The notes beneath the pieces were generated by a model that made no database searches, was not told the DNA's origin, and saw only the letters and a program-made list of their open reading frames with translations. From NCBI RefSeq assembly GCF_009834535.1, contig NC_045696.1, positions 117,678,001 to 117,742,000 on the forward strand: a DNA stretch of 64,000 nucleotides. Reading direction: 5' to 3'. Shown here piece after piece: positions 37,677 through 49,221 of this stretch. A program made the position numbers and the translations under genes. Numbering within the stretch: the first letter of the stretch is position 1; every line of letters begins with the position of its first letter. This DNA is from Camelus ferus (taxonomy: Eukaryota).

Positions 37677-38109
37677 AAGCCATATTTTTAACTTGGGTTT
37701 CAGAATGTGTGGAGCATTGGCTAAAGCTATGACCTATGACCATTTTGTTGTTATATGCAGAAAAGAAGCAATATATATTCCAGAAAGATTCCCAGGCAGG
37801 TGTCAGTTTCCTGACCCCGAGCTGGTCATTTACCCTCTCTTATTTCCTCTTAGAAAAATGAAGGATTTGAACTTGGTGACAGCTACTGTTCCTCCTAACT
37901 CCAAAACCCTGTGCATGATCCAATTTCTGGTTTGGCTGATGCCAGAAGTCATGCAATGGCCCTTTGTCACACTGGCCCGAAGTTGAACTGTTTTGTTTCG
38001 CATCGAAAGCATCACAGCCCGTCTTAAATTTCTTTATGGAAATAATGTCTTCTTTAATGGTTTGCCGCCTTATTTGAGTGTTTTGCTTCTGTACAACCGT
38101 TGCACTGTG

Positions 38110-38715
38110 TGTGTGTACATTTCTGATTCTGGTCTCTCCCTCTCGAGCTGGGCATCCGGAAAGGCAGGAGCTGTGCCTTATTCATCTTTGTGCACTTTGA
38201 GCACCTAACACGGTGCCACTCATAACAGGATTCTTCTTTACAATCCCAGAGTTATTTAACAGTCATCCCTGTATAATGGTTCCCCCCTAATTTGTGGGTT
38301 TAATAAAGTGCAGCTGTTACAAGAGCCAACCTATCTCATCTCTGTTTCTCTCCCTCACTGTGTTCTAGCCCCTGGGCCGTCTTGTGAGTCCTCAGAAATG
38401 CCACGTTTGCTGTGGCTTCTGGGACCTTGTCCTGCCTGAAATGCTTGTTCCTGAGGTCCTCATTCAGGTGTCATTACCCAAGTGACCATCTCACAGAAGA
38501 ATTTCCTGACCACTCAGCAATTACTGTCTCCTCCTTTATAACACCACTACCGGAAATGGTGATAGATTTTAAACTACTTTTGTTTTCCTTTCCCACCAGA
38601 ATATAACCTCCATGGAAGCACAGAGTATGTCTCTCTTGCGTTTCCCTCTATTGCCAGCAGCTGGATCGGTGCCTGGAACGTAGTAGGTGCCTGTTAAATC
38701 TTTGTGGGATGACTT
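38110..38715 (+). mobile_element. L2 3' regions (two fragments: ~38110-38235 and ~38330-38715)
   Basis: aggcaggagctgtgccttattcatctttgt; cccaccagaatataacctccatggaagca...gtgcctggaacgtagtaggtgc. Confidence 0.75.
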
Positions 38716-39379
38716 CCGGGGCCTCTCCCACCCGCTTCACCACCTGCTGCTCCTTTCCACTCTGTCCTCCATGCTCTCCTCTTTTGCTTTGGGTCCACCT
38801 TAGTCACTGGCCATCCATCACTCGGCATTTCCACGAAACATCGTTTACCGTAACTTTCTTTTTTTGCTACCTTCAGCACGATTGACCAGAAAGCTCCCTT
38901 ATAATCTGCCCCACTTTGTGACTAAAAATAGGAATTGTCATCTGTAAACAAGTCAAGATTTTATTTTGTCAGGGAACAGAGAAGAATTCTTTGAAATTTT
39001 AATGTGATGTTATTGCTAGACATTACATGATTAGAATAATGGGGATGGCGTTGAAGGCATCCCGGAAACTTGCCAGTGGATGGAATAAACGTGTGCTAAT
39101 AATAATTGCTATAAGACTTGGGCTCCATATACAGAAGAAAAAAATAAATAGATCATCAGGCAAGGCGAATAAATAATTTTTAAAAAATCATAAGCTGATG
39201 ACGTCAGAGGATGTATTGCATGTGTGTTATCAGGACAGCCTCTCCTACGATGTTTGCCTCACAGAACGGTCCCCTCTCTCAAGTTCCCTTAGATAACTTA
39301 GAGGCAGAAGAACAAGCAGAAGGAGTTTCAGACATAATTCTGCTCCAGTTCCAAACTTTTCCTTAGGAGGCTGTGGCAG

Positions 39380-39825
39380 TCCTGGGACTGTCCCAGCTCT
39401 GCTCTGTGTCACAAAGGACTGGAATGTGTGTGTCCCAGTCCCCTTGACAACTAACTGGCCTTCAGTTAGACTCTAGCAATGGGAGGTCGTGGAAAGAAAT
39501 TGGATTGGAAGGAGAGAAAAGCGGGTGTATTTCTCCTCCTGTTTCTCTGCTCTGGACCGTGTCTCCCACAGCAGCTGCCTGTCCCCTCTGGATGGAAGCC
39601 TGAGCACCCGGCTCTGGTTACACAACGTCTTCCTTTGGTCCTTCCAGCCCTAGAGATGAGGACAGCTTCCTGCTGTGGTTATTAAGTCCTGGGCACACTC
39701 ACCGTCTCCGCTTTTCCCTTTTGTTCTTACAACATCTTCCTAGATATTTCCTGAGGCAGATTTCCCTCTTTGGAAAGAGCTGATGGCTGTTCTCTTGTTC
39801 TAAGGAAACCCTGGTGGTTACAATT
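39380..39825 (+). mobile_element. ERVL LTR (LTR33-like)
   Basis: agcaatgggagg...gaaggagagaaaagcgggtgtatttctcc; ends aaaccctggtggttaca. Confidence 0.5.
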
Positions 39826-39893
39826 GCCTGGCAGCCATCAGTTTGGGACCTTGGGGTTTAAATCTCTGAACCTGTGGTCTCTGGAGAGGTCTT

Positions 39894-40642
39894 TTTTTTT
39901 TTTAAACATTTTTTATTGATTTATAATCATTTTATAATGTTGTGTCAAATTGCAGTGTAGAGCACAATTTTTCAGTTATACATGAACATGTATATATTCA
40001 TTGTCACATTGTTTTCTCTGTGAGCTACCATAAGATCTAGTGTATATTTCCCTGTGCTATACAGTATAATCTGATTTATCTATTCTACAATTTTGAAATT
40101 CCGTCTATCCCTTCGCACCCTCCACCCCCTTTGCAACCACAAGTTTGTATTCTATGCCTATGAGTCTATTTTTGTTTTGTATTTATGCTTCATTTGTTTG
40201 TTTTTGTTTTTGTTTTTTAGATTCCACACATGAGCGATCTCATATGGTATTTTTCTTTCTCTTTCTGGCTTACTTCACTTAGAATGACATTCTCCAGGAG
40301 CATCCATGTTGCTGCAAATGGCATTATGTTGTCAGTTTTTATGGCTGAGTAGTATTCCAGTGTATAAATATACCACTTCTTCTTTAACCAGTCATCTGTT
40401 GATGGACATTTAAGCTGTTTCCATGTTTTGGCTATTGTAAATAGTGCTTCTATGAACAGTGGGGTGCAGGTGTCATCCTGAAGTAGGGTTCCTTCTGGAT
40501 ATATGCCCAGGAGTGGGATTCCTGGGTCATACGGTGAGTCCATTTCTAGTCTTTTGAGGAATCTCCACATTGTTTTCCATAGTGGCTGCACCAAACTGCA
40601 TTCCCACCAGCAGTGTAGGAGGGTTCCCCTTTCCCCACAGCC
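39894..40642 (-). mobile_element. Young lineage-specific L1 3' end (same subfamily as 8735-9354)
   Basis: ORF 40217..40594 is an L1 ORF2 C-terminus ([14 protein letters not shown]...ALFTIAKTWKQLKCPS). TSD tctctggagaggtctt (39878-39893) / tctctggagagatctt (40643-40658), followed by AA. Confidence 0.93.
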
Positions 40643-41837
40643 TCTCTGGAGAGATCTTAAGAAAGCAAAAAGCCCTTCTCCATCAACTCAGACCCTATTC
40701 TTTGCAGGTACTCTATACAGTGCTTTATCGCCACTGGGAAAAAGCAATTGCAGTTTCAGGATGATGGAAGATTCATACATAATAATGATGAAAGCATGAT
40801 TTAAATATAATAATGGGAACTTTAGTTTTCAAAAGACCCATTTAAGTATCTAATTAATAAAGGAACAAGGAGGGCAAGAGAAAGTTCTCAACGCAAAGCA
40901 ACTCACCCAGAGCACAGAAGAAACCGGCTTTCTTAGAAAGCAAGGATGTTTGCCTATTCACAGAACACCGACAGCTCAAAACCCATTCTGCTGATCCCTG
41001 AGGACAAGCGAAATTCGAAGTCAGACCACACTGAACCAAGCATTGCCAGAGAATTATGTGTCTCCACACAATATGTGGGGAAGACGAGCAAGAAGGGATT
41101 CAAAAAGCACTGCAAATGATTCCAGCCCAGAGCCCCTCATGGTACCGACAAGTTGGACCGTGCATTCCAAGAGTGGGCACGTGCTTTACTGGCACAGGGG
41201 AGGGACTAGACTGGTAGGAAACTGGAAACAAATTAGAGTGCACACAGTTTTAAAATTTTAATTTATGTGAGGCAAACACCCTGAGACATAGAGTTGTCTC
41301 TCTTTCACAGAGATACAGTAGCCAGAGGGGTTTTGAGGTCACCTCCTAAGGTGTGCTGTGATTTTCAGCCCGTGCTTCACAAAAGGCATGACCGGATAAC
41401 TGTGCCTCAGATGGAAGTTTCCATTAAAAAGGGTTTAACCTGTAAAACTGGGCTTTGCCCATTTATTCTGCTTCTTCTTACCCTCCTCAGACAATAAAGA
41501 TCTCTCCTTTCTTCTCTGGCTTCTGCAGTCTAACTCCTGAGACCATGAAGACGCCTTCTTTTTGATGACTTCTTTTCTCCTCTGATGGCAGACCATGTTC
41601 TCATGGTTCAAGAGCTTGTCGTTAAAAACAGATCTGGCACAAAGACGTCCTGAGGAATAGGGGATCGTTAACCTTTCAAAATGCTGCCTATTCTGGAGAC
41701 AGAGTTAAAGGTATGAAGTGTTAACAAGCCACTGATGTTAATTCCAGCTCCAACACTCGCGTATTGCACGATATTAAACAAGCTGCTGAACTGCTGTATG
41801 TCTTCAAAGGAAGGTAATATTCCTAGTCCCGGACTGC

Positions 41838-42250
41838 TCAAGTTTCTTAGTTGCAAACAACAGAATCCACTTTGGCTGTTATAAGGTGAAACTGAACATT
41901 TTAAGGCTATTGGGCAGCTCATAAAATTAGTGGGAGCAATAAAGTCCCAGGCTTAATTCTAAAGTTTTGGCCACAATGAACAGTGCCCTAAGCCATGAGG
42001 AAGAACTGGATGAATGAGGGAGGTCCTATGACAGCTGCTTCCTGAGCCCTAGGGCACAGGAACTCTTCTGAATTTCCCACTGCCCGTCCCCCATTTCTGC
42101 TTTTACCAGTCCGGATAAATGAATGCCCCTCCCGCATCCCTCAATTCTGAATGAAGCCTTGTAAGGGTGAATCCGTTAGGTTGAAAGGATGACACATCTC
42201 CACCTTAGCTGCAAAGGAGTCTGGGGGAAGCAGATGTTTGTGTACACCTT
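41838..42250 (-). mobile_element. Ancient MaLR LTR (late MLT1 subfamily)
   Basis: tttcttagttgcaaacaacagaatccact...ccttagctgcaaaggagtctggg. Confidence 0.6.
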
Positions 42251-43629
42251 GGGAAGATGGGCCTCGCATAGGGAATTATCAAAACAACATGTGTCTGCTG
42301 CCAGACGACCAGATATGACTGGAGCGGGGAACGCTTGAGATGATGCACATAAAACAGTTTAACAGGTGTTCAGCACATACATAACACACCCTGAAAGAGG
42401 ATGGGTTTTATTAATAGTTGTTATATGAAGCTGGGTTTAACCCAGATACCCAAACTTAGCACCAACTAATGGTTCATCAGGGAAAATCAGCTCAGCCACT
42501 GGGAGCTCTCATATGACTAACCTAATATTTACATTAAGAGGTCAAGAGCAAGGCCTCCACCTTGTGAATATGGAGACACAAGTGTAGTCATGGGGCGGAG
42601 GACTGGGAAAGCGGGGGCAGGGATTCCGCAGATTCGTGTGAGTAGCCCCAGGGGAATCCTGGGAAGCAGACATGTGATTGAGCAGACGCGAGAGGAATCA
42701 GGGGATTTGACTGTAAATCGAATCTTGCTCATCAAAGAATTCTTGGCCTCTTGTGACTGTTTTTATCCGCTTATTTCTAGATAAAAGATATTTGCAACAC
42801 TTTGGTTGAGTGGTACTTGTGAAAAGAGGGTGTTATTCTTTAATGGCATTTGTTGAAATAGAAAACAGAACATGTGACTAAAGAAACTTAGGACCCTCAC
42901 CTTACCCTCTTTTCTTCTCCAGACTCTATTTAGAATTGCACTCCTTTGTGTAACACAGAGGATGTGATTCTTCCACCATCGGACGAGGCACGTGGCGGTT
43001 TGCATGGAAGCTCGCGTGTTGCATGGCCCTTTTCCTTGGCTCCCAGAAGATGTGCTTGCATTTTGCTTCCCTTTAGCATACGAGGCACCTTCAGTTTAAA
43101 ATGCAGATGTTCTTGGTTACAGTTGCTATGTGAGATGTTGTGAGCCAGAAATTACTGTCATAATTAATAACAGGTAAAGGCTTTACCTTTGATGTGCAGC
43201 AGCCTACGTTTGATTGAGTCTTTCTGATTGTATTGACGGTACCTCTCTACCTTCCTCTTGGTTTTCTAGCTGGCTGTGTGCTTCGCTTGGTGTCTCTTTC
43301 TATTCAGTCAAGGTGATTAATACCTTTCAGACTTATTTTCAACTGCTTTGTAAACCCATATGGTTTAAGTTTAAAGGGAAGTTTGCACTATGACTCTCTC
43401 GGATATTAAAACCCACTTGTGTCCTTCTCTGTTTTGCTGTCCTTAAAAGAGGTGGTGATTTATAAAGAAGGGACATATAATTTTGTGTTCATGGTAGCCA
43501 AAATAAGAACAAAGATGCTCCAGGAATTAGGCTCTCCCAAAGCCAAAGATTTTGGTCAAATAAAGATCCCCAAATATATGTGAAGTTGTTACAACTTACA
43601 AAGCCTGTTCACCTCTGTCTGGGAGGTAC

Positions 43630-44060
43630 TTAACGTAGCCAGGGTGGACACTGCACACTTTTACTTGTCCAGCATCTTTTCCTCTTTCTTCTGGAAATAA
43701 TGTCCTAATTTTGCTTTGGGAAATGCCCTCTCCCCAGTTGAACACAATATTGGTGAGGCTGCTGATCAAGGTTACATGACATCTCCTGGCAAGCGGGTGG
43801 GCACATGGTTAAGGAGATGGTGGTCTCCTTCCTCCTAAAATGGGACCATTGAGCACAGTTCCTCAAAGACCAAAGATAATTGCAGGTCATTCATTTGGAC
43901 GATTCAGCCCTTAAAAGGCTGCTTGTTCAAGTTCTAGTACTTTCCAAAGCTTAAGTTTGAGCTTTTCCTCCAATGCCAAAGGCTATCTGATATCCATTTA
44001 GTAAGACTATGCCTTCTTTTTCCTTAGGATCTTTTATTTGCAACCAAAGAACCCTGATAG
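43630..44060 (+). mobile_element. Ancient MaLR LTR (MLT1K/L-like)
   Basis: ccagcatcttttcctctttcttctggaaataa...tttgggaa; end ttgcaaccaaagaaccctgata. Confidence 0.6.
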
Positions 44061-45017
44061 AAAATTTGCAACCAAAAAACCCTGTTAGCTGGAGTAGGAA
44101 CCAGCTAACCACCAGGGAAATGTGTAATAGATGGAATTGGTAACTGGGCAGAAGACACGGAGGCACTAACTTACTGCCTTTCCATACTTAGCATTGTGTG
44201 CCCAATGGAAACAAAAATCTAGGGTACATGTTTCAACTCTGCAGAACAACTTAAAAGGCATGAGGAATTCTGGGACTGGAGTGAAGTTAGCCTTGATTGT
44301 CATTAAGGTGAGAAGACGGAAAATTGAAAGACATGAATTCTTGCCTCAAGGTCCTAAATGAACTTCAGAGACCGTCCTGACTGTGCTGAAAGCATCTCTT
44401 GCCTCCTACAGATAAGGGCTAGGACCGCCCCCCCTCCCCCGCCAAATACAAAGCCCAGGGAAGAGTCATAAGGTCACTGAGCAATAATGACAGTTGAATT
44501 CACAGCCACACAAAGCCTTTTAGGTGGAGGTTAGGTAGTGGCCTGACTCCCAAAAATAGGAGTGAGAATTTAGACACCACCAACCCCCTGGGAAGAACTC
44601 CCATGAAGTAACCGCCCCCCCCCCCCCGCCCCGCTTACTTCCTACATCGCCTAAGGAGGCAGAGTGGAGACTAACCACAGCTGCTCACTCTCTGCTCCCA
44701 TCCCCTCCGCTCTCAGCATGGGAGGCCGTGGGGAGGGGAATACGGAGTCAGGGCAAAGAAAAGAGTTGCACAGCATGTTAACATATATCATTAAAATCTG
44801 TGGTTTATTGGGGAGGGGGGGTGGATTTGGAAAGTACTTGATTCCAAAGCATGAACCGGTCTGAATTCTACGATATGAATGTGCCTGTAGGATGTTTGGC
44901 CTCAGACAGCTGCCTGTGGTTCTCAAAGCTCTCTGGGTGGGTTAATGCAAACATAGATCTAACGCTTTCCCCCGGTAAATTATATTGAAAGGCCAGAAAT
45001 CCTATGATGTAACCTAG

Positions 45018-45195
45018 AACAACGGTTCGTGGGTCCCAGACCAGTGGCATCAGCATCACTTGAGAACGTGTTAGAAATGCAGACTCTCAGGCCCCAGCCC
45101 AGACCTTCTGACTCAGATACGTAGGGGACGAGGCCCAACAAAGCGTTCCAGGGAGCCCTCCAGGAGAGTCTGATGCATGTTCACGCTGAAGATGT
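45018..45195. mobile_element. MER5A hAT-Charlie element
   Basis: gaccagtggcatcagcatcacttgagaacgtgttagaaatgcagactctcaggcccc...ccctccaggagagtctgatgc. Confidence 0.85.
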
Positions 45196-45900
45196 AAGCG
45201 AAGGAATTCAAAAACAGGGAGGCCCAAATGCTGGTTTGTTTCCATCAGGTACTTTCTGCCCACTCCCTCCCCACTGGGGCCCTTCTAGAAGGGCCATGAG
45301 ATTCTCTCTCATTCAGGAAGGCCTTGAGCACAAAATCAGAATGACCCCTCTGGGCTCGTCTCTCTAGGACAGAAAGACTTCAGGAAAGGCCTATACTAGG
45401 AACTGCCCAGAACTTCAGTGGGCATGACCGCACAACGACAGAGACCAGCTGTACGTAGGCCTGAAGGCTGGTGAGGCAATCAGAACTGGGAGGCTACACT
45501 TACTCACTGATACCTCTGGACGTGCTTGATTAAACATGGCTTGCAAGCATTGCAACGAATAAACAACCACCCTTAAGTCTTTTCTTGATTTACTCAAGAA
45601 ACAATTAAAAACATTCCAGCCCTGGCAACTAAAAGTCCAACTTGAGCCGTCACCTTAGAACCCCGCAGCCTCTCGCCAGATCTCAGACCTGAGTCAGTTT
45701 TGGACCCAGAGTCCTAAGGACGAAAGAAAGATGGAATATGTGGGAGGGAACGTCTATTCTTAACTGTTGATGTTTACTTTGCGCATAGCCCTTCCAGGAA
45801 GGGGCCTACACACATGTATCAAGGCAACTGTTTACTGTGAAAAAGGACAAATTTGGGGGATTTTGACTTAATTCTGCCTTATGGTAGGTCCAATAGGAAC

Positions 45901-46596
45901 TCTTTTTTTGCAGGGGGGAGGTAATTTGATTGATTGATTGATGGAGGTACAGGGAATTGAACCTAGGACCTCGTGCATGCTAAGCACATGCTCTACTGTT
46001 GCAGAAAAGCATGTTACAGCTCAGTGTTACAGCTCGGTGTTACAGCTCAGTTGTGACAGCAACCTGGATCCAGGCGAGAGACCAAGCAGCACTCGGAGAG
46101 TTGGAGAACTCAGGTTTATTACACCAGCAGGCCCAGAGGAGTTAACACTCCAAGCCCCGGACCCCACCTGTAGGTTTACACAGGCTTTTATAGGCTGCCA
46201 GTTTACACTTTGCAACATCATATGCAAATAACGTATAACCAAAGTTGACTAATTAAGAATAAGCTTTACAAAAGCTCTACAGAAATGGACCAATCAGGGG
46301 TGAGGGAAATGGACCAATCAGGAGTGAGAGAAATAACCAATCAGGAGTGAGCTCCATGCAAATGAAGCACTACAGATGGACTAATCAGGAGTTAGCTCAG
46401 GGAACCAATAGAATTTTAGGGATAAGTTCCACTTTCCTAGAAGTAAGCCATTTCAGAGGCAAAAAGTGAGATAAAGCCACTTGGCCAGGGAACCAGATGG
46501 TGCTGGCAGGAGAGTAGTGACCCCTGCCTGGGGGTCCTGCTGGTCTTTTTTATGGGGCTTCCCACCTCACTACCACTGAGTTATAACCTCCCCCCC
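45901..46596 (-). mobile_element. vic-1-type SINE split in two by an LTR (halves 45901-45996 and 46570-46596)
   Basis: ...gacctcgtgcatgctaagcacatgctCTAC | CTACcactgagttataacctcccc; the halves rejoin into a complete SINE head. Confidence 0.9.
45997..46569 (-). mobile_element. ERV1-type solo LTR (573 bp), probably camelid-specific
   Basis: TG...CA termini and exact 4-bp TSD CTAC. On the - strand: TATAAAA (46186-46192), then AATAAA (46115-46120). CCAAT repeats lie in U3. Confidence 0.92.
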
Positions 46597-46934
46597 AAAA
46601 ACATCTTGAATATATCTAAGAGTTAATCCTTCAGATTTTTAATACTGAGTTGCAATAGATGTTGTTGGCAACTGTCAGGATTCCTTCTTTAGATCTTTGA
46701 GTAAGACAGGGCCATGCCAGAGAGGGACCAGTTGAACTGATGCTGCTCCCTCTCCGTGTCAAAGAAACAAATCAAAAGGCACTGAGCATCCCTGAAGGGA
46801 GTGTGGCGATCAGAGCCGTCCTGTGATGTAGCAGACTTGATGGATGTAGGTAAGTGTGACATTCATGTACCAGTCACTAAAACTAAGGGTAGGGTTCAAG
46901 AATTGGTGGTGAATGATGTTCATTCCCAGGGACG

Positions 46935-47182
46935 ATAGCAGGGCACAGTGGTCAGGAGCATGGACTCCAGCACCAGACTCCCTGGGTTTGATCCCAGCTC
47001 TGCCACCTATGAGCTGTGTGGCCACAGCTGTCACTTAACCTCTGTGTGTCTAAATTCTGCCCCCTGGATACAGTGGAGATGGTAGTCCTAATGGATAGGA
47101 TTATTATGAGGAATTAATGAGTTAACATTGACAAGGCACTTAATACAGTATATAGCACATGCAAAATGCTCTCAGAGATGTT
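46935..47182 (+). mobile_element. MIR SINE, near full length
   Basis: cacagtggtcaggagcatggactc...ctgggtttgatcccagctctgccacc...tcacttaacctctgtgtgtct. Confidence 0.85.
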
Positions 47183-47349
47183 TTTTAAAATCAGAGAAAT
47201 TCAGAGCTATGCTTTAGTTCGCTTTTATTTATCCCTGAACAATGGCTACACGTGTTCTGTAGATTTTCTGTGTTAAGGGTTTTTAGTTGGTTCAAGCCAG
47301 CTATAGTTGATATGCTCATCTAGTCAATGGATGGCCCTTTCATTGCATC

Positions 47350-47820
47350 TGTATTAGTTTCCTGGGGCTGCTTGAACAAAGTACCACTGACTGGATGGCA
47401 TGAAATAGCAATTTATTTTCTCATAGTTCTGGAGGCTAGAAACCAAAACTGAGGCATCAGTTGGGCCAAACTCCCTCTACAACTTGTAGGGAATCTTCTC
47501 TTGTCTCTTCGTAGCTTCTGGTGCATTGCCAGCAGTACTTGGCGTTTCTTGGTTTGTAGATGCATCTCTCCAATCCTCCATCTTTGCATTGCCTTGTCCT
47601 ATATCCCTGTGTCTCTTCTCCTCTTACAAGTACATCTGCCATATTTGATGAGGGGCCCCCATACTCCCCTGGCCTATGACCATACTTCCCCTATGATCTC
47701 ATCTTAACTTTACTAATTACACGTACAATGACCCTGTTTTTAATAAAGTCACATTTTGAGGTACTAGGAGTTAGGGCTTCAAAATACCTTTTCTGGGGAG
47801 ATACAGGTCAACCTATAATA
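47350..47820 (-). mobile_element. MaLR solo LTR (MLT1B/C-like)
   Basis: tgtattagtttcctggggctgc...ttctcatagttctggaggctaga...aataaagtcacattttgaggtact; 5-bp TSD gcatc / gtatc. Confidence 0.88.
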
Positions 47821-47842
47821 GTATCTTAAAATGAATTGCAGT

Positions 47843-47921
47843 GGGGGGAGGGTATAGCTCAATGGTAGAGCACATGCTTAGCATGCATGAGGCCCTGGGT
47901 TCAATCCCATTAATAAAAAAA
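47843..47921 (+). mobile_element. vic-1-type SINE, tRNA-like head plus short A tail
   Basis: ggggagggtatagctcaatggtagagcacatgcttagcatgcatgaggccctgggttcaatccc, with A box, B box and an AGC anticodon-like loop. Confidence 0.9.
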
Positions 47922-48217
47922 CTTTATAATGACTTGTTATGTCTGAAGGTAGGGATATGTTTTTGATTTTACCACAGTTGCCACCACTCCGTGTCCCCTC
48001 ATTACATACCTAGCCTGCTTTAATTTACATGACCTGCTTTCCCTTTGCGCTAGACCTCTAGACCAGGAATATTAACTGACATATGGATCAGAAAAACAGA
48101 AAGAATTTTATAAAAATGTCATCTTCAAAACTCGGTCATACCAGGTGCATGGACACCTATGGTGTGCGTCTGTCTGTGATTGCTTTAGAGGATACCAGAT
48201 TTTGAACTTTTTCTCCT

Positions 48218-48428
48218 TAAGAGCTCAAGCTTTGGAGTCAGATTCACTGGGGGCAGACCGCAGCTCCACCACTCACAATGAGTCTAAACTGAGCTCATTT
48301 TATCATGTATAAAATGGACAAATTAGTGCTTATCATATAGAATTGATCTGATTATTGAATAGACTCGTGTATGTGTGGTAATTAGTACAGTTCTTGGCAC
48401 ATAGTAGGCTCTCCAAAAATGGTAGGGC
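48218..48428 (+). mobile_element. MIR SINE
   Basis: aagagctcaagctttggagtcaga...tgtataaaatgg...ttggcacatagtaggctctc. Confidence 0.75.
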
Positions 48429-49221
48429 AGAAATGGCAGTAATGACACTAGTAGTAACTTCTAGTTGTTCCTGGACAGGGATTAATATCAAAATTGGCAA
48501 AGCTGTACTTTACCCATGCTTTCTGCTTTTTCATTACATTTGTTGCTTGTATATTCTTATTCATCATTTTTTTAACTGTATGTTTAATTTAGCACCTTTT
48601 TCTAAGAAAATAAGGTCTTAATACTTACCTGTCCTTGACACAGGGGCTTGCCTCCTCTTGACAGATTGACCCTGTCTGCACCTGATGACATTAATTCCTG
48701 AAATTTAATGACATTAACACCTGAAAATTAATTCCATATATTTTTTATATTCAGCTGCATCTTCTGCCTGCTCTTAGCATTCAGACTTCATATATCCTTG
48801 GTCTATGTTTGCATTCTTTGTTCACCCCTAGAGAAGAAAGCCAAAGAAAGATTAATTCATAAAAAATGAATGGTTGTTGAAACTCTTCAAAGCCTTGATT
48901 TACTGCATAATTAGTAGACAACACTAGAAAACAGAATATCTTTCTGCCTGTGAATTAAGTAAATTGATTAATTCATTAATTACATATGATAACCCCATAG
49001 ATAGGATAATTGTATTTCTGGTTAACAAAACACAGCAAAGGAATCAAGCATGTTCTCAACATGGTCAAAAATTTAATTTACAATATTGGGTTCCTCTCTT
49101 AGAATCCTAATTAAAGATCTCCGGAAAGCCATATATAGTCCCAACACATTTCTAGAAAGACGGCTGCATTACTTACAAAGCATTGCCACAATTAGAAATG
49201 ATCCTTTTTTTCTCCCAGAAT

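Noticed and set aside
46011..46400. Short repeats with spacers resembling an array (tgttacagctc x3; ccaatcagg x3-4)
   Set aside because: Internal LTR repeats in mammalian DNA; not CRISPR (no constant repeat-spacer period, no cas genes).
47843..47921. Possible tRNA-Ala(AGC) gene
   Set aside because: Lacks the 3' acceptor strand, runs into an A tail, and matches several diverged SINE copies in the window.
48621..48631. atacttacctg, identical to the U1 snRNA 5' end
   Set aside because: Similarity stops after 11 nt, so it is not a U1 gene or pseudogene. It is better read as a - strand splice donor.
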